From positions 2,666,001 to 2,730,000 of the forward strand of contig OZ249442.1 in the NCBI GenBank assembly GCA_965235115.1: a stretch of 64,000 nucleotides of DNA, in the 5' to 3' direction. Shown here in pieces: positions 36,786 through 50,001 of the stretch. Position 1 is the stretch's first letter; the number at the start of each line of letters is the position of its first letter. The notes beneath the pieces are model-generated. The model searched no databases. It was not told the origin of the DNA and saw nothing but the letters and a program-made list of their open reading frames with translations. Origin of the DNA: Laetmonice hystrix (taxonomy: Eukaryota). Made by a program: the position numbers and the translations under genes.

Positions 36786-37655
36786 TGCCAACACAACCTC
36801 TGTGTTACTGGCGCTGGGGTCGCACGGCAGTTTCTGTTTGAACTTGGCGCCAGTATCTTCAACCAATCAAAGTGTCAACACAACCTCTGTGTTACTGGTG
36901 CTGGGGTCGCACGGCAGTTTCTGTTTGAACTTGGCGCCAGTATCTTCAACCAATCAAAGTGTCAACACAACCTCTGTGTTACTGGTGCTGGGGTCGCACG
37001 GCAGTTTCTGTTTGAACTTGGCGCCAGTATCTTCAACCAATCAAAGTGTCAACACAACCTCTGTGTTACTGGTGCTGGGGTCGCACGGCAGTTTCTGTTT
37101 GAACTTGGCGCAAACATCTTCAACCAATCAAAGTGCCAACACAACCCCTGTGTTACTGGCGCTGGGGTCGCACGGCAGTTTCTGTTTGAACTTGGCGCAA
37201 ACATCTTCAACCAATCAAAGTGCCAACACAACCTCTGTGTTACTGGCGCTGGGGTCGCACGGCAGTTTCTGTTTGAACTTGGCGCAAACATCTTCAACCA
37301 ATCAAAGTGCCAACACAACCTCTGTGTTACTGGCGCTGGGGTCGCACGGCAGTTTCTGTTTGAACTTGGCGCCAGCATCTTCAACCAATCAAAGTGTCAA
37401 CACAACCTCTGTGTTACTGGCGCTGGGGTCGCACGGCAGTTTCTGTTTGAACTTGGCGCCAGTATCTTAAACCAATCAAAGTGTCAACACAACCTCTGTG
37501 TTACTGGCGCTGGGGTCGCACGGCAGTTTCTGTTTGAACTTGGCGCCAGTATCATCAACCAATCAAAGTGCCAACACAACCTCTGTGTTACTGGCGCTGG
37601 GGTCGCACGGCAGTTTCTGTTTGAACTTGGCGCCAGCATCTTTAACCAATCAACG
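36786..37655. repeat. 87-bp minisatellite x10
   Basis: Ten copies of a unit translating as CQHNLCVTGAGVARQFLFELGASIFNQSK. Confidence 0.95.
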
Positions 37656-37920
37656 TACCGAGACTGGAGAGACTCCGCCAATCAGGACGCGTCATGGAGA
37701 CGTATAGGTATCTGGTTCCGTTTCCGGGGCAAGACTGCACATTCCCCACTCTGGTTCCGTTTCCGGGCAAGAGTCTTGACACCGAGAAACCGAGGGGCTG
37801 TCACCGGTAAAAGTATAAAGTCAACTAAAATATCCTGAAATATCACAGCATCACATTTGGGCGAGTGCGTCATTTAACCCAGTTACTTTCAGAATGTCCG
37901 GAAACAAAATGGTTGTATAG

Positions 37921-38000
37921 TCCTCCAGTGGAATTGAACCCGCGTCTCCAAGACTACTGCCCCCATTACCATAGCAACGCCCATGCGCACTCGGCCACCG
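37921..38000 (-). mobile_element. Degenerate tRNA-like SINE head
   Basis: The minus strand has gtggccgagtg (A-box-like) and gggttcaattcc (B-box-like) at SINE-like spacing. No body recognised. Confidence 0.35.
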
Positions 38001-39409
38001 CCATGGTGAGTAATGGTGGTTTACAAGTGTCGTGTCGGTGAAAACAATGTAAGAATATTGTACCGTGAAAGGGACATATTGTTTCCCATCCCCACGGGAA
38101 TAGATTGTTTTCTGTCACTCTCCTGCCAATGCAATATTTCAATCCTCCAGTCCCTACGAGGAAGGGACCCGTGAAGCCATTAACATTTTGTTATATCTAT
38201 CATGTTTTGTTCTTACATGAGAACACGCTTCAACCGGTCTGATGTAGTAAAGGCCATGTAATATGTGTTATTATTTTAAAGAGACGCGTCACTTTTCTCA
38301 GTGGCGCCACCTCGTGGCAATTGACGAACTCTATTTTTACACGTTGCAACGCGTTTTTTACGTTTGCTCATGCTGTCAATAACACGGCAATGCAGAGGCA
38401 GAGTCAAGTCTGGCCGCTTCGCATCCCAGAAACAGTTTGACAAAAGGCTTCACGATGCCAGAAAAATGTACCTGACTATGTGGTTTAACATTGGAGTCTA
38501 TGGGACCGATAAGACCCTTGGTAGTGAAAATGTCGATATCTCATGAATTTCCATGGTGACATATGATTTTTTTTAATCTAAAGTGTTCAAAACAATTCTA
38601 ATTCGAACCAAAAATTTCACGTATCTCTCTCTACTGTAGACTGTAGTAGTGCGAGTTGAAGGCCTATCTTCAAATGCTCATAACTCAGGATCCGATATGG
38701 TGACCCACCATTTTCTTTGCACCAAAATACTCGAAAAATGTAGAATTATTTTATGTGAAAGTAGCCTGAAAATCTCTGGGTCAGAAATTTTTGGCTTATT
38801 GGTGTCGAGTCCCTTTAAGGGAGGCTGGGATGGGGTACGTCCTCGGCCCTCGAGACTGGCGCTCTTTCCATGCTATTTATAACATCATTCGGAATATAGA
38901 GGGTGTACCTACCTTCACCGAGGACCAAGTCCTTCAACTTTTAAGGACTTGTTTTCCAATTATAAACTTTTCTCAATACTCTTATACCATTACACTTGAT
39001 ATTCTGTATCCGCTGTGCTTGGAGTACGTTCACGATGCCTGAACGCACCTGAAATCCTCCAATTATGCATGCATGTCTATGGCGATGAATACCACGCGAG
39101 TAGCGTACTACTAAAACTATCACCCACGCCACTCTGCATGACAAACGAAGACGTCCTCCGGCATGACGAAATGTTTCTTGGCAGAAAGACACGACTACAT
39201 CTCATGTAGACAGACATTCTTTGCGTTCTCTGCCTTCAATCTACGTGTTCATGTTGGCATATACGAACTAGAGCGGCCAAGTAGGAAATAAAAAGATATT
39301 AGTATACAAAATAGATAATAAATAGGTAGGAAATGCGCCTGACTACGGAAGAAAAATGTGTACTTTTATCCTATACCTGGGAAGATGGTGAAGTAACCCC
39401 ACTTTGTAT

Positions 39410-39760
39410 CAGTGGGGGATCCAGGATTTTGATAAGGGGGGACCACCTAAAAAATATTTTATTATGATTGTGGCCATTTTGGCCCCCTTTTGGTCTACTT
39501 GAATGCTGCATGGCCCAGCGTTATCTTGCTGCTGGACGACTGAGGAGGCCCTTTTGGGCCCGATGTTACTATCACGTACAATATAGGAGGTCTTTTTAAA
39601 GAATTTTGTTGGACTCCTGGTTTCAGGGTCCGAATAATGCATTTTCATAAAAAAAGGGGGAAAGGAAAATTTGAAGGGGGCCCAGCCCCCTGGGCCCCTC
39701 TGAAGCTATACAAATACTGGATGTTTTTATCGGCGGACCTTTAACCCTTTCAAAAATCTG
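39410..39760. mobile_element. Second copy of the CAGTGGGGGATCCAGG element family
   Basis: 28-bp terminus identical (inverted) to 6838-6865. The far end is degenerate, so the right boundary is approximate. Confidence 0.5.
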
Positions 39761-40200
39761 TAGGGTCTAAGTGTAAGTTTGGACCACCAACTCATGTCTG
39801 TCTGACATGTTTATAAGATTAGATAGCTGACGTCGAGACCATGTCTCCGAGGATGACACCACACCACGACACTTCCACAGTATCCAGACGTATACTGGCA
39901 ATAACTGCGATGGAACATTTTGACATTTGGCCAATACTTTACCCGCCTGCGTGACAGCGGAAGCTGAACCAGAGCTAGCCAAATGGACCTGGTGTGATCC
40001 TTAATGTTCCAGCCTAGAGACGTTGTGAAATTAACACTTAATAGACTGAGGTAGACGAATACCAGATATAATCCCTGGTCGCAGTGTCAGAGTAAGCTGG
40101 GAAACAATTGGTCGTTTCACAGACAGCCTTGCTATCACAAATCATCCCCTAAGGATATGCACACAGACGCAGCACAGCGGGTTGCAGCACGTCATCTTGT

Positions 40201-40563
40201 AAGGGATCATCTCAAAATTCATTGATGCCAAAAAACACGAAATTATTTAGTCTCTCCCTCAACCCTCAAAAAGACTAAAAAGTTAAGACATTTGGCATCA
40301 TCGTTTATTTGGTCTAGAACAAAAGTTGTAAGCTATGGAGTAAGGTTAGTCTGTTGGAGAAACTGGGCCATTATGTGTGTTTCCACAGTTACAGAGGCCA
40401 AGTTGGGTTGTTTTTTTTACAGTCCCATTGATTAGCCCTTTTTAAAGTGATGCCAAAAATATAATAAAATACGAAATGGAGATAATATAAATGTCAACCC
40501 CCCTCCCTCCAGACGGAATAATTTCGTCTTTGTTGGCATCAATGAATTTTGAGATAATCCCTT
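40201..40563. mobile_element. MITE with a 47-bp TIR (GGG..CCC termini, degenerate TTAA-like flanks; Kolobok/piggyBac-like)
   Basis: aagggatcatctcaaaattcattgatgccaaaaaacacgaaattatt versus the reverse complement of 40517-40563, with 3 mismatches. Confidence 0.75.
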
Positions 40564-40703
40564 TCCAGTGGTCTTTCACTATGGTGTGATGCACACTGCT
40601 CCAGCGCAGCAAGTGTGTACATCAAAAATCGCTCCCCAATGCGATCCTGGCGGCTTGCTGCAGGCCTCTCAGCACTGATACCTTTGCTGCAATGCGCTGC
40701 ATT

Positions 40704-41172
40704 GACCTCTCACAACACCCCCTAACACGGTACTGGTGAAGGGACAGCCCTGCCATGACCTCTCACAACACCCCCTAACACGGTACTGGTGAAGGGATAG
40801 CCATGCCATGACCTCTCACAACACCCTCTAACACGGTACTGGTGAAGGCATAGCCCTGCCATGACCTCTCACAACACTCCCTAACACGGTACTGGTGAAG
40901 GGCTAGCCCTGCCATGACCTCTCACAACACCCCCTAACACGGTACTGGTGAAGGGCTAGCCCTGCCATGACCTCTCACAACACCCCCTAACACGGTACTG
41001 GTGAAGGGCTAGCCCTGCCATGACCTCTCACAACACCCCCTAACACGGTACTGGTGAAGGGACAGCCCTGCCATGACCTCTCACAACACCCCCTAACACG
41101 GTACTGGTGAAGGGCTAGCCCTGCCATGACCTCTCACAACACCCCCTAACACGGTACTGGTGAAGGGATAGC
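40704..41172. repeat. 53-bp minisatellite, about 9 copies
   Basis: Unit gacctctcacaacaccccctaacacggtactggtgaagggctagccctgccat. Confidence 0.95.
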
Positions 41173-41758
41173 CAAGACCTTTGGGAAATGACATGAGCCA
41201 TAGTCTGTCTCTATCCGCCCAATTATTGTAGAGTTAAATTGCAAGCAAAGACGATCTAAAAGGAACGGCCTTGCCTTATCTTTCCCATGATTACAAGCAG
41301 CACAATAATAATAGACCTCTTCATGAAGAAGTCTTTTCAATTTTGATGGCTGCTCTAAGACCCAGAGCGGTAAAGATTGCTGAATAAAAAGCATGTGTAG
41401 TTAAATAGCCACCAGTGCGGCCATTAACTGAAAGGTTTTATTTCACTATTTCATGTTTACTGTAAATCTTGACTTTGTGTACTCTTTACTCGGCGTTTAT
41501 TCGACGAAAGCAGCCAAACCCCTACCACCAATCGTAACACAGGACTAGACAAAAATACGGCAGAGGTAACAATTGGTGGGAACGAAATTTGGTGAAACCA
41601 AAAATCGCAATCCAAAAATTGAATTCATAACCTCGCCCCCCCCCCCCCCCCCAAAAAAAAACCCAAAGATTTCGTGTGAATGATGTCACGGGGTAAATAA
41701 TTATGGCTTCATACTTGACCATCTACAGAATTTCGCAATTGTTGCATGGAGTTAAAAT

Positions 41759-43103
41759 GCATATGGTGTCTGTAGTACGATCACAATATTAATCCCATAA
41801 TATATCAATGGTGTCTGTAGTACGATCCGGACAATATTAATCCCATAATATATCAATGGTGTCTGTAGTACGATCCGGACAATATCAATCCCATAATATA
41901 TCAATGGTGTCTGTAGTACGATCCAGACAATATTAATCCCATAATATATCAATGGTGTCTGTAGTACGATCCAGACAATATCAATCCCATAATATATCAA
42001 TGGTGTCTGTAGTACGATCCGGACAATAGTAATCCCATAATATATCAATGGTGTCTGTAGTACGATCACAATATCAATCCCATAATATATCAATGGTGTC
42101 TGTAGTACGATCCAGACAATATTAATCCCATAATATATCAATGGTGTCTGTAGTACGATCCAGACAATATCAATCCCATAATATATCAATGGTGTCTGTA
42201 GTACGATCCAGACAATATTAATCCCATAATATATCAATGGTGTCTGTAGTACGATCCAGACAATATCAATCCCATAATATATCAATGGTGTCTGTAGTAC
42301 GATCCGGACAATAGTAATCCCATAATATATCAATGGTGTCTGTAGTACGATCCAGACAATATTAATCCCATAATATATCAATGGTGTCTGTAGTACGATC
42401 CAGACAATATCAATCCCATAATATATCAATGGTATCTGTAGTACGATCTGGACAATATTAACCCCATAATATATCAATGGTGTCTGTAGTACGATCCAGA
42501 CAATATCAATCCCATAATATATCAATGGTGTCTGTAGTACGATCCAGACAATATCAATCCCATAATATATCAATGGTGTCTGTAGTACGATCCGGACAAT
42601 ATTAATCCCATAATATATCAATAGTGTCTGTAGTACGATCCAGACAATATTAATCCCATAATATATCAATGGTGTCTGTAGTACGATCCAGACAATATCA
42701 ATCCCATAATATATCAATGGTGTCTGTAGTACGATCCAGACAATATTAATCCCATAATATATCAATGGTGTCTGTAGTACGATCCAGACAATATTAATCC
42801 CATAATATATCAATGGTGTCTGTAGTACGATCCAGACAATATCAATCCCATAATATATCAATGGTGTCTGTAGTACGATCCGGACAATATTAATCCCATA
42901 ATATATCAATGGTGTCTGTAGTACGATCCAGACAATATTAATCCCATAATATATCAATGGTGTCTGTAGTACGATCCGGACAATATTAATCCCATAATAT
43001 ATCAATGGTGTCTGTAGTACGATCCAGACAATATTAATCCCATAATATATCAATGGTGTCTGTAGTACGATCCGGACAATATTAATCCCATAATATATCA
43101 AAA
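41759..43103. repeat. 48-bp minisatellite, about 28 copies
   Basis: Unit gtacgatccagacaatattaatcccataatatatcaatggtgtctgta. Confidence 0.96.
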
Positions 43104-43667
43104 CAACAACAACCATGTGTATCTAATTGTGCACGATATATATCTATTTCAATTCCTGTTCTCCACCAAATCCTACATCTATAGCCTACACATTTCTTTG
43201 ACCTGAATCTTTTTTCCGACGACAGGTCTCACTTATACCAGCTGGCTGTACTATTTCAAAAGTCCAAGTAGATGGGATAAACACGCTATCTGCGATCGCT
43301 GCCCTAATTGTCATCGCCTTTATAATTCATTTCAATCATTTAATTATCACCTGTTGTACTTACTGGCCCCTTGTCAACTGCTATCACTGATTCCTGTGGA
43401 TAGCTCCAACAAAAATAGGAGCAAGTCGTGAAATGTTTATCGGTCGAGCGGTAGTAGTTAGAGGTTGTATTTATGGTTGCAGACGCTACAAGCCCACGTT
43501 GGGATGCTGTAATCCTTTGGTATCCATTGGGATACCAACGGATCATAACGATTTGTTTTTTCTCCCGTGGAATTCCTGGGAAGGACATCGAGGTAGAGCA
43601 ATGCTACCATCAGATGATGGGTTAGGTGTTGGTGTTTACTGAAAGCATCCCTTGAGCAGGTGATACT

Positions 43668-43687
43668 AGTCTCTCTCTCTCTCTCTA

Positions 43688-43725
<38 letters not shown>

Positions 43726-43891
43726 CCTCTCTCTCTATCTCAGTCTGTCTCAGTCTGTCTCTGTCTCTCTCTATCTCTATCTCTCTCTCTATCTCTCTCT
43801 CTCTCTGAGTATCTTTGGGACGATTCATATTCCTAATTATTTATTCTCTGTGTCTGGCTGTGTATGACTGCTCGTTTCTGCCCCCCTCTCC

Positions 43892-43945
<54 letters not shown>

Positions 43946-44052
43946 TGTCTCTCTCTCTCTCCCTCCCTTTCTCTCTCTGCCTTTGTCTCTCTTTTCCCCT
44001 CTGTCTCTCTCTCCCTCTCTCTGTTTCTGGCACTCCATCTGTCTCTGTCTCC
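43668..44052. repeat. (CT)n/(CTGT)n microsatellite tracts
   Basis: Direct inspection. Confidence 0.9.
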
Positions 44053-45043
44053 CTCTTGCAGAAGCAACAACAAACGCATACTATAGACGCGAATAGTTTT
44101 TAAATACGGCGACAATGCTGAGTAATAAATCGACGACAGATAAATCCGCCTTAAATAAACCACCGGCTCAATGATATACCAAGTCTCGTGTATACAACGA
44201 ACCACGCTTATCTGAAACAGCAACAACTCGCTGTCTACTTGATTCTGGAGTCCGGTGTGGGAGGACAAGCTTACCACGAGGGACACCCCAATCTCTAGTG
44301 TTATATAAGTGGAAAGTGAAGCCGATGAAGTAACTACGCCGTACACCGTGCGGAGTTCGACCGCTGTTATGACAACACAACAGGCTACACTGTCCCTCTC
44401 GCCGCACTCCACACAGACAATCCCCTCTCAAAATTTACCGGCCACACAAAATACGGAAGCAGGTTATTTATATGCAGTGCGGCGGCCAGACAAGCGCCGT
44501 CTGATATACGGACCGCCAATGGATGTCCTGTTTGTGTCGATACTCGTGGGAGAAGCTGGGATACCAGCGTCCATATCCTGCTATCTTTGCTAGTTGTTGG
44601 TTCATTTGATCATTGTTATCAATCAGCAGAACGGGCTGTCTGCATGGCAGCGCATGGAATTCAAACTTGTATGGTTTCTATCTGGCTGTAGTAATATAAC
44701 CCAGGAAAATAGCCACGTGTGTGCAGCAGGCACAGTCATGTAGGAACTCTGCCAACAAGTTGTTTACTTTCAACCGCAAACTTTGTCTGCAACCAATCAA
44801 ATCGCAACTACAGTTGCGGATGCATGGCTCATACACCAAACATTTAATCTACGGGCCTATTCGGTGCATCAATAGTATTTTGATTTTTCATATAACTCCG
44901 CTCTTTCTGGATTAAGGAGAAGCAACATTTGACACCACTAGTCAGCAAAATAAACTGATAAACAAAATATTTGGAAGGATTATGGTTTTACAACTGACTA
45001 TTTCTTCGAAGCTGTTGAGGGAGCTGTTGGCAGGTCACTGGCC

Positions 45044-45216
45044 GGTAGGTCACCTGTAACTGGTCGGTAGGTCACCTGTAACTGGCTGGTAGGTCACCTG
45101 TAACTGGCTGGTAGGTCACCTGTAACTGGCTGGTAGGTCACCTGTAACTAGCCGGCAGGTCACCTGTAACTGGTCGGCAGGTCACCTGTAACTAGCTGGT
45201 AGGTCACCTGTAACTA
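45044..45216. repeat. 22-bp repeat, about 8 copies
   Basis: Unit ggtaggtcacctgtaactggct. Confidence 0.92.
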
Positions 45217-46979
45217 CCTGTTCCCAGCTGTGATACAGACGGCACGCCCATATTACGTCAGGATGCAGGTAGAGTATAGGTTTCAATTGTACAACGCCAT
45301 CCCGGGAGATTTAATGTGTTCTGTTGTAACCATACTAAATTACACAACCATATCCCCACCAAATACTGCTCTCTGCGAGTTAACCATTGTTTTAAGGCTA
45401 CTTTGTATATGTTACCTTGTATGTGTACGGTAGTTGTACTGGGTCTCGGCATTTGAACATATTTGGTTGTCTGCCCCAGGATCCTACATTTGTAACAGCA
45501 TTATTAGCTGAGTGGGTAATCATGGTTAAATATGGTTCATAAAAATATTTTTTAAACATGATGTAGAAAGTTGGTCTGATTCTATCTATCAACGGCGGAG
45601 TTATTAAAAACCACATGTCACAAAATGGTTATTTTATGTACCTATATTTCGTATTTGATGGAGAATTAAGACGACATTCTCTACCTCTGCCCATACTACT
45701 TCTGAAATCGATTTCTATGAAAAGTGAAATTGCTGGAAATACTACGGGATGGAGACGTATGGGAGTAACACAATATCCACTTTGTAACCGTTTCCCAACG
45801 ATTGGGGCTGGATATGGTTTCTGACGACCCTTGATTCACAAGGAAATCTTACTACTTCAGTACCAATGCCTCGGATGACGGGGGTATCTCCAGCATGCAG
45901 AGCAACAGGTATGTTATTAAACACTCTCTTGTGGAAACAAGCTCCTCCAACTCCGTGCCCGGCCAGGTGACCCTCCACTCTCTCCCTGCCCCCCCCCCTC
46001 CCCCTCCACCACCACCGCCGGCCTGGGGTGATGCATCACCCTGTGCCACCCGGCGATGTAAAAATAAAACACCTCAACGCCACCCCCCACCACCACCTCC
46101 AGCACCTGTTCACCTGGGCCACCGCCGCCCGGCCTACCCCCACACCGCCTGGGCTCTCACTTATACTGCACATTGCGTACCACTCAACCCTGAACCCCAC
46201 CCTGCCGGAGGGGGGTGGTTTCATAGTTGACGCATCCCTTCATTGAGCCCCCATTACCTACTAATTCCCACCGACGTCTCACTAAAAGACAACGATAACA
46301 TACACGGCACCTGATGGAAAAAAATAAGAGACTAAAATAGAATTGATGAATAGCCATGACGTAAAGCAGTGCTGGCAGGGCAGGGCCAGACTATAAACAA
46401 CTTCTTCAAGTGCTATTAGTCTAATTTACACCGTGAAATTTGTCTCAAGGTGCGGCCAAGAGTTCTTCCCACATTCTGTGGCACACAAAGACAGTTTGAG
46501 TTCCTGACTCGCGGAAACCTGGCACTCAACCTTTATATAATGCTCGAATGATGACAGCTTACAGGGTTAATGATGTAGGCTGTGGTATGCAGGACATGGG
46601 GTCTGTCTTACTAATGACGATCCCCGGCAAAATCCCGCATCAAAGTCCCCAGATCAGGGATATCCCCGTTGAGAGGTGTTCCTCCATTGAAACAGTGTTG
46701 AGGAGATGTCCCCAACTTGATATAGGGATGTCTCTGATTTGGGGAGGGACATTCTTAGTAAGACATGTCCCTGGTATGTAGGTTGTGGTATGTAGGTTGT
46801 GGTATGTGGTATATGTAGGTGTTATATTATTAACCATAAATGATAATTAACGTAACTTTTAGTGGCGCAAATTAACGGTAAATAAATTTAGTTGAAAACC
46901 TGGTGCACGGCGACAGCCAGCGAAGACCTCAGACATTAGAAGTGTTTAAACTGCGATGACAGAAGTGAATTTGATGCAG

Positions 46980-47178
46980 ATGTGTGCGGCCTACTAATGA
47001 TATACGACCTACTGTAACATGTGTGCGGCCTACTAATGATATACGACCTACTGTAACATGTGTGCGGCCTACTAATGATATACGACCTACTGTAACATGT
47101 GTGCGGCCTACTAATGATATACGACCTACTGTAACATGTGTGCGGCCTACTAATGATATACGACCTACTGTAACATGT
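46980..47178. repeat. 39-bp repeat x5
   Basis: Unit tgtgtgcggcctactaatgatatacgacctactgtaaca. Confidence 0.95.
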
Positions 47179-47574
47179 TTTCCTGCAAAAAGTAGGCCAG
47201 GTAAAGGTAAAAATGATGGATGCCACTCACTAACACCAATCTATAAACACATAGACGTCCCCAGGGGGGCCGGGGGCGACCCCCCCCCCCCCCAAAAAAA
47301 CAGGTTTACGCATGACGTCATGACGAAATTGATTGGACGAAATCAAAGTAAATGGCACACCTGTTTGGGAAAAACAAATTTGGAGGCGACGAATGCGATA
47401 TTCACACATATCTGGGTATAATCCCCTACCCCCTCCCCTACCCCCTACTCCCAGTCTGCATAGACCCCCTACCCCCACTCCTACCCCTGCTCCGGACCCT
47501 TACCCTACCCACAATTACGTGGAACGCCACGAAGAAGGACACGGCAGACACCATCGACCTTTCCATTTCTCACC

Positions 47575-48292
47575 CTCGACAATGTCACCTCAATGTTCAC
47601 CTCAATGTTCACCTCAATGTTCACCTCAATGTCACCTCAATGTTCACCTTGTCACCTCCATGTTCACCCTCGACAATGTCACCTCCATGTTCACCTCAAT
47701 GTTCACCTTGTCACCTCAATGTCCACCTTGTCACCTCAATGTTCACCTCAATGTTCACCTCAATGTTCACCTCCAATGTTCACCTCAATGTTCACCTCAA
47801 TGTTCACCTCAATGTTCACCTCCATGTTCACCTCAATGTTCACCTCAATGTTCACCTCAATGTTCACCTTGTCACCTCAATGTTCACCTTGTCACCTCAA
47901 TGTTCACCTCAATGTTCACCTCAATGTTCACCTCCAATGTTCACCTCAATGTTCACCTTCATGTTCACCTCAATGTTCACCTCCATGTCACCTCAATGTT
48001 CACCTTGTCACCTCCATGTTCACCTCAATGTTCACCTTCATGTTCACCTCAATGTTCACCTCCATGTCACCTCAATGTTCACCTTGTCACCTCAATGTTC
48101 ACCTCAATGTTCACCTCAATGTTCACCTCCATGTCACCCCAATGTTCACCTCAATGTTCACCTTCATGTTCACCTCCATGTTCACCTCAATGTTCACCTC
48201 AATGTTCACCTCAATGTTCACCTCCAATGTTCACCTCAATGTTCACCTTGTCACCTCCATGTTCACCCTCGACAATGTCACCTCCATGTTCC
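47575..48292. repeat. Compound 12-bp (AATGTTCACCTC) low-complexity array
   Basis: Mixed units tcacctcaatgt, tcacctccatgt and tcaccttg. Confidence 0.92.
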
Positions 48293-48562
48293 TTGGACGC
48301 GCCCAAATCACGTCTGTGACAGATAAGGAAATCATTTCTATGAGGCCCCAAACAACCGTATGGGAACACTGACAGAATAATTTCTCTTAACATAAAATTG
48401 ATAAAGAGGCTTTGAAGGAGAATGTTGCTCCGGTACAGGAATGCTCCAGACATCTGATGGCAAGCAAATAGATTCCCTCATAGGTAAATACGAGATGACA
48501 CTTGCGTAAGTTCTTGTGGTTTTTCTACATTGTTAGAAGGGAACGGGAGCGCAGCGTTTCTC

Positions 48563-49305
48563 GCAGTTGTTATTTGTAAGGTTCGACAGTGAAACACTTT
48601 GCTGCGACCATGGCCCGAGTTGTTTGTAAGGTTCGATAGTGAAACACTTTACTGCGACCGTGGACCGAGTTGTCTGTAAGGTTCCATAGTGAAACACTTT
48701 GCTGCGACCCTGGCCCGAGTTGTTTGTAAGGTTCGATAATGAAACACTGCTGCGACCGTGGACCGAGTTGTTTGTAAGGTTCGATAGTGAAACACTTTGC
48801 TGCGACCGTGGACCGAGTTGTTTGTAGCAGTGAAACACTTTACTGCGACCGTGGACCGAGTTGTCTGTAAGGTTCCATAGTGAAACACTTTGCTGCGACC
48901 GTGGACCGAGTTGTCTGTAAGGTTCCATAGTGAAACACTTTGCTGCGACCCTGGCCCGAGTTGTTTGTAAGGTTCGATAATGAAACACTGCTGCGACCGT
49001 GGACCGAGTTGTTTGTAAGGTTCGATAGTGAAACACTTCGCTGCGACCGTGGACCGAGTTGTTTGTAGCAGTGAAACACTTTACTGCGACCGTGGACCGA
49101 GTTGTCTCTAAGGTTCCATAGTGAAACACTTTGCTGCGACCGTGGACCGAGTTGTTTGTAAGGTTCGATAGTGAAACACTTTGCTGCGACCATGGCCCGA
49201 GTTGTTTGTAAGGTTCGATAGTGAAACACTTTGCTGCGACCGTGGCCCGAGTTGTTTGTAAGGTTCGATAGTGAAACACTTTGCTGCGACCGTGGCCCGA
49301 GTTGC
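48563..49305. repeat. 50-bp minisatellite, about 15 copies, with a 241-bp higher-order duplication
   Basis: Unit gagttgtttgtaaggttcgatagtgaaacactttgctgcgaccgtggacc. Variant markers recur at +241 bp. Confidence 0.93.
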
Positions 49306-49362
49306 TGTCATATCTCAATAGATGTGAAGCAGTTGTCGGAATGTTGGCCGGCGTTGTGGACT

Positions 49363-49490
49363 GACGGCCTCCGTCCGGTTGACGGGCTGACGGTTGATGG
49401 GCTGGGTCGGGTTGACGGGCTGACGGTTGATGGGCTCGGTCGGGTTGACGGGCTCGGTTCGAGTTGACGGGCTGACGGTTGACGGGCCCG
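49363..49490. repeat. Short GC-rich repeat (ggttgacgggctgac-like)
   Basis: Direct inspection. Confidence 0.8.
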
Positions 49491-50001
49491 GCAGTTATAT
49501 TGAGAAATGTCAGATATTATTTCATATTTAGCACTGAGGAACCACCCACCTTTTGGCCACAGTTGAGGCTGACTCCACGCGCGAATGTGGGCAACCCCTA
49601 CGATCGACTCGGCCAGTATCAGGATCTAATAACATTGTGATCACTAGTTTATTGTGAGTGATCTGCTAAAGTCTTTCCTGTATTTTCAAGGGCTGCATTT
49701 GCCATCAAACTGACTGTGCTGACCCGACCCAGAGAGTAGTCTCTTTAATTAGATTAGGGAGTCGGTAGTTGAAGGACGTGTATAGGACTCGATTAAAGTG
49801 TCGCTTCCCTCGACCCGTATCCTCTCCTACCCCTAACCGCTAATTTCACATGTGACTGCAATTTCTACCCTTTCCGCGGTTAATTGGATTGCAGAGCTGT
49901 AATAAATTATTCTCTAATTCACAACGACAAGCTCTGGAGGTCATTGGTCCTCATTCCGTGGGGGTGATTACCTGACAATATCCAGTTCTGGCTCTGGTTC
50001 T

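Noticed and set aside
43370-43575. Kelch-like RYDPLVSQW or an exon ending KGP|gtaagt
   Set aside because: The Kelch-like frame stops within 20 codons. The other frame has no recognisable homology or partner exon.
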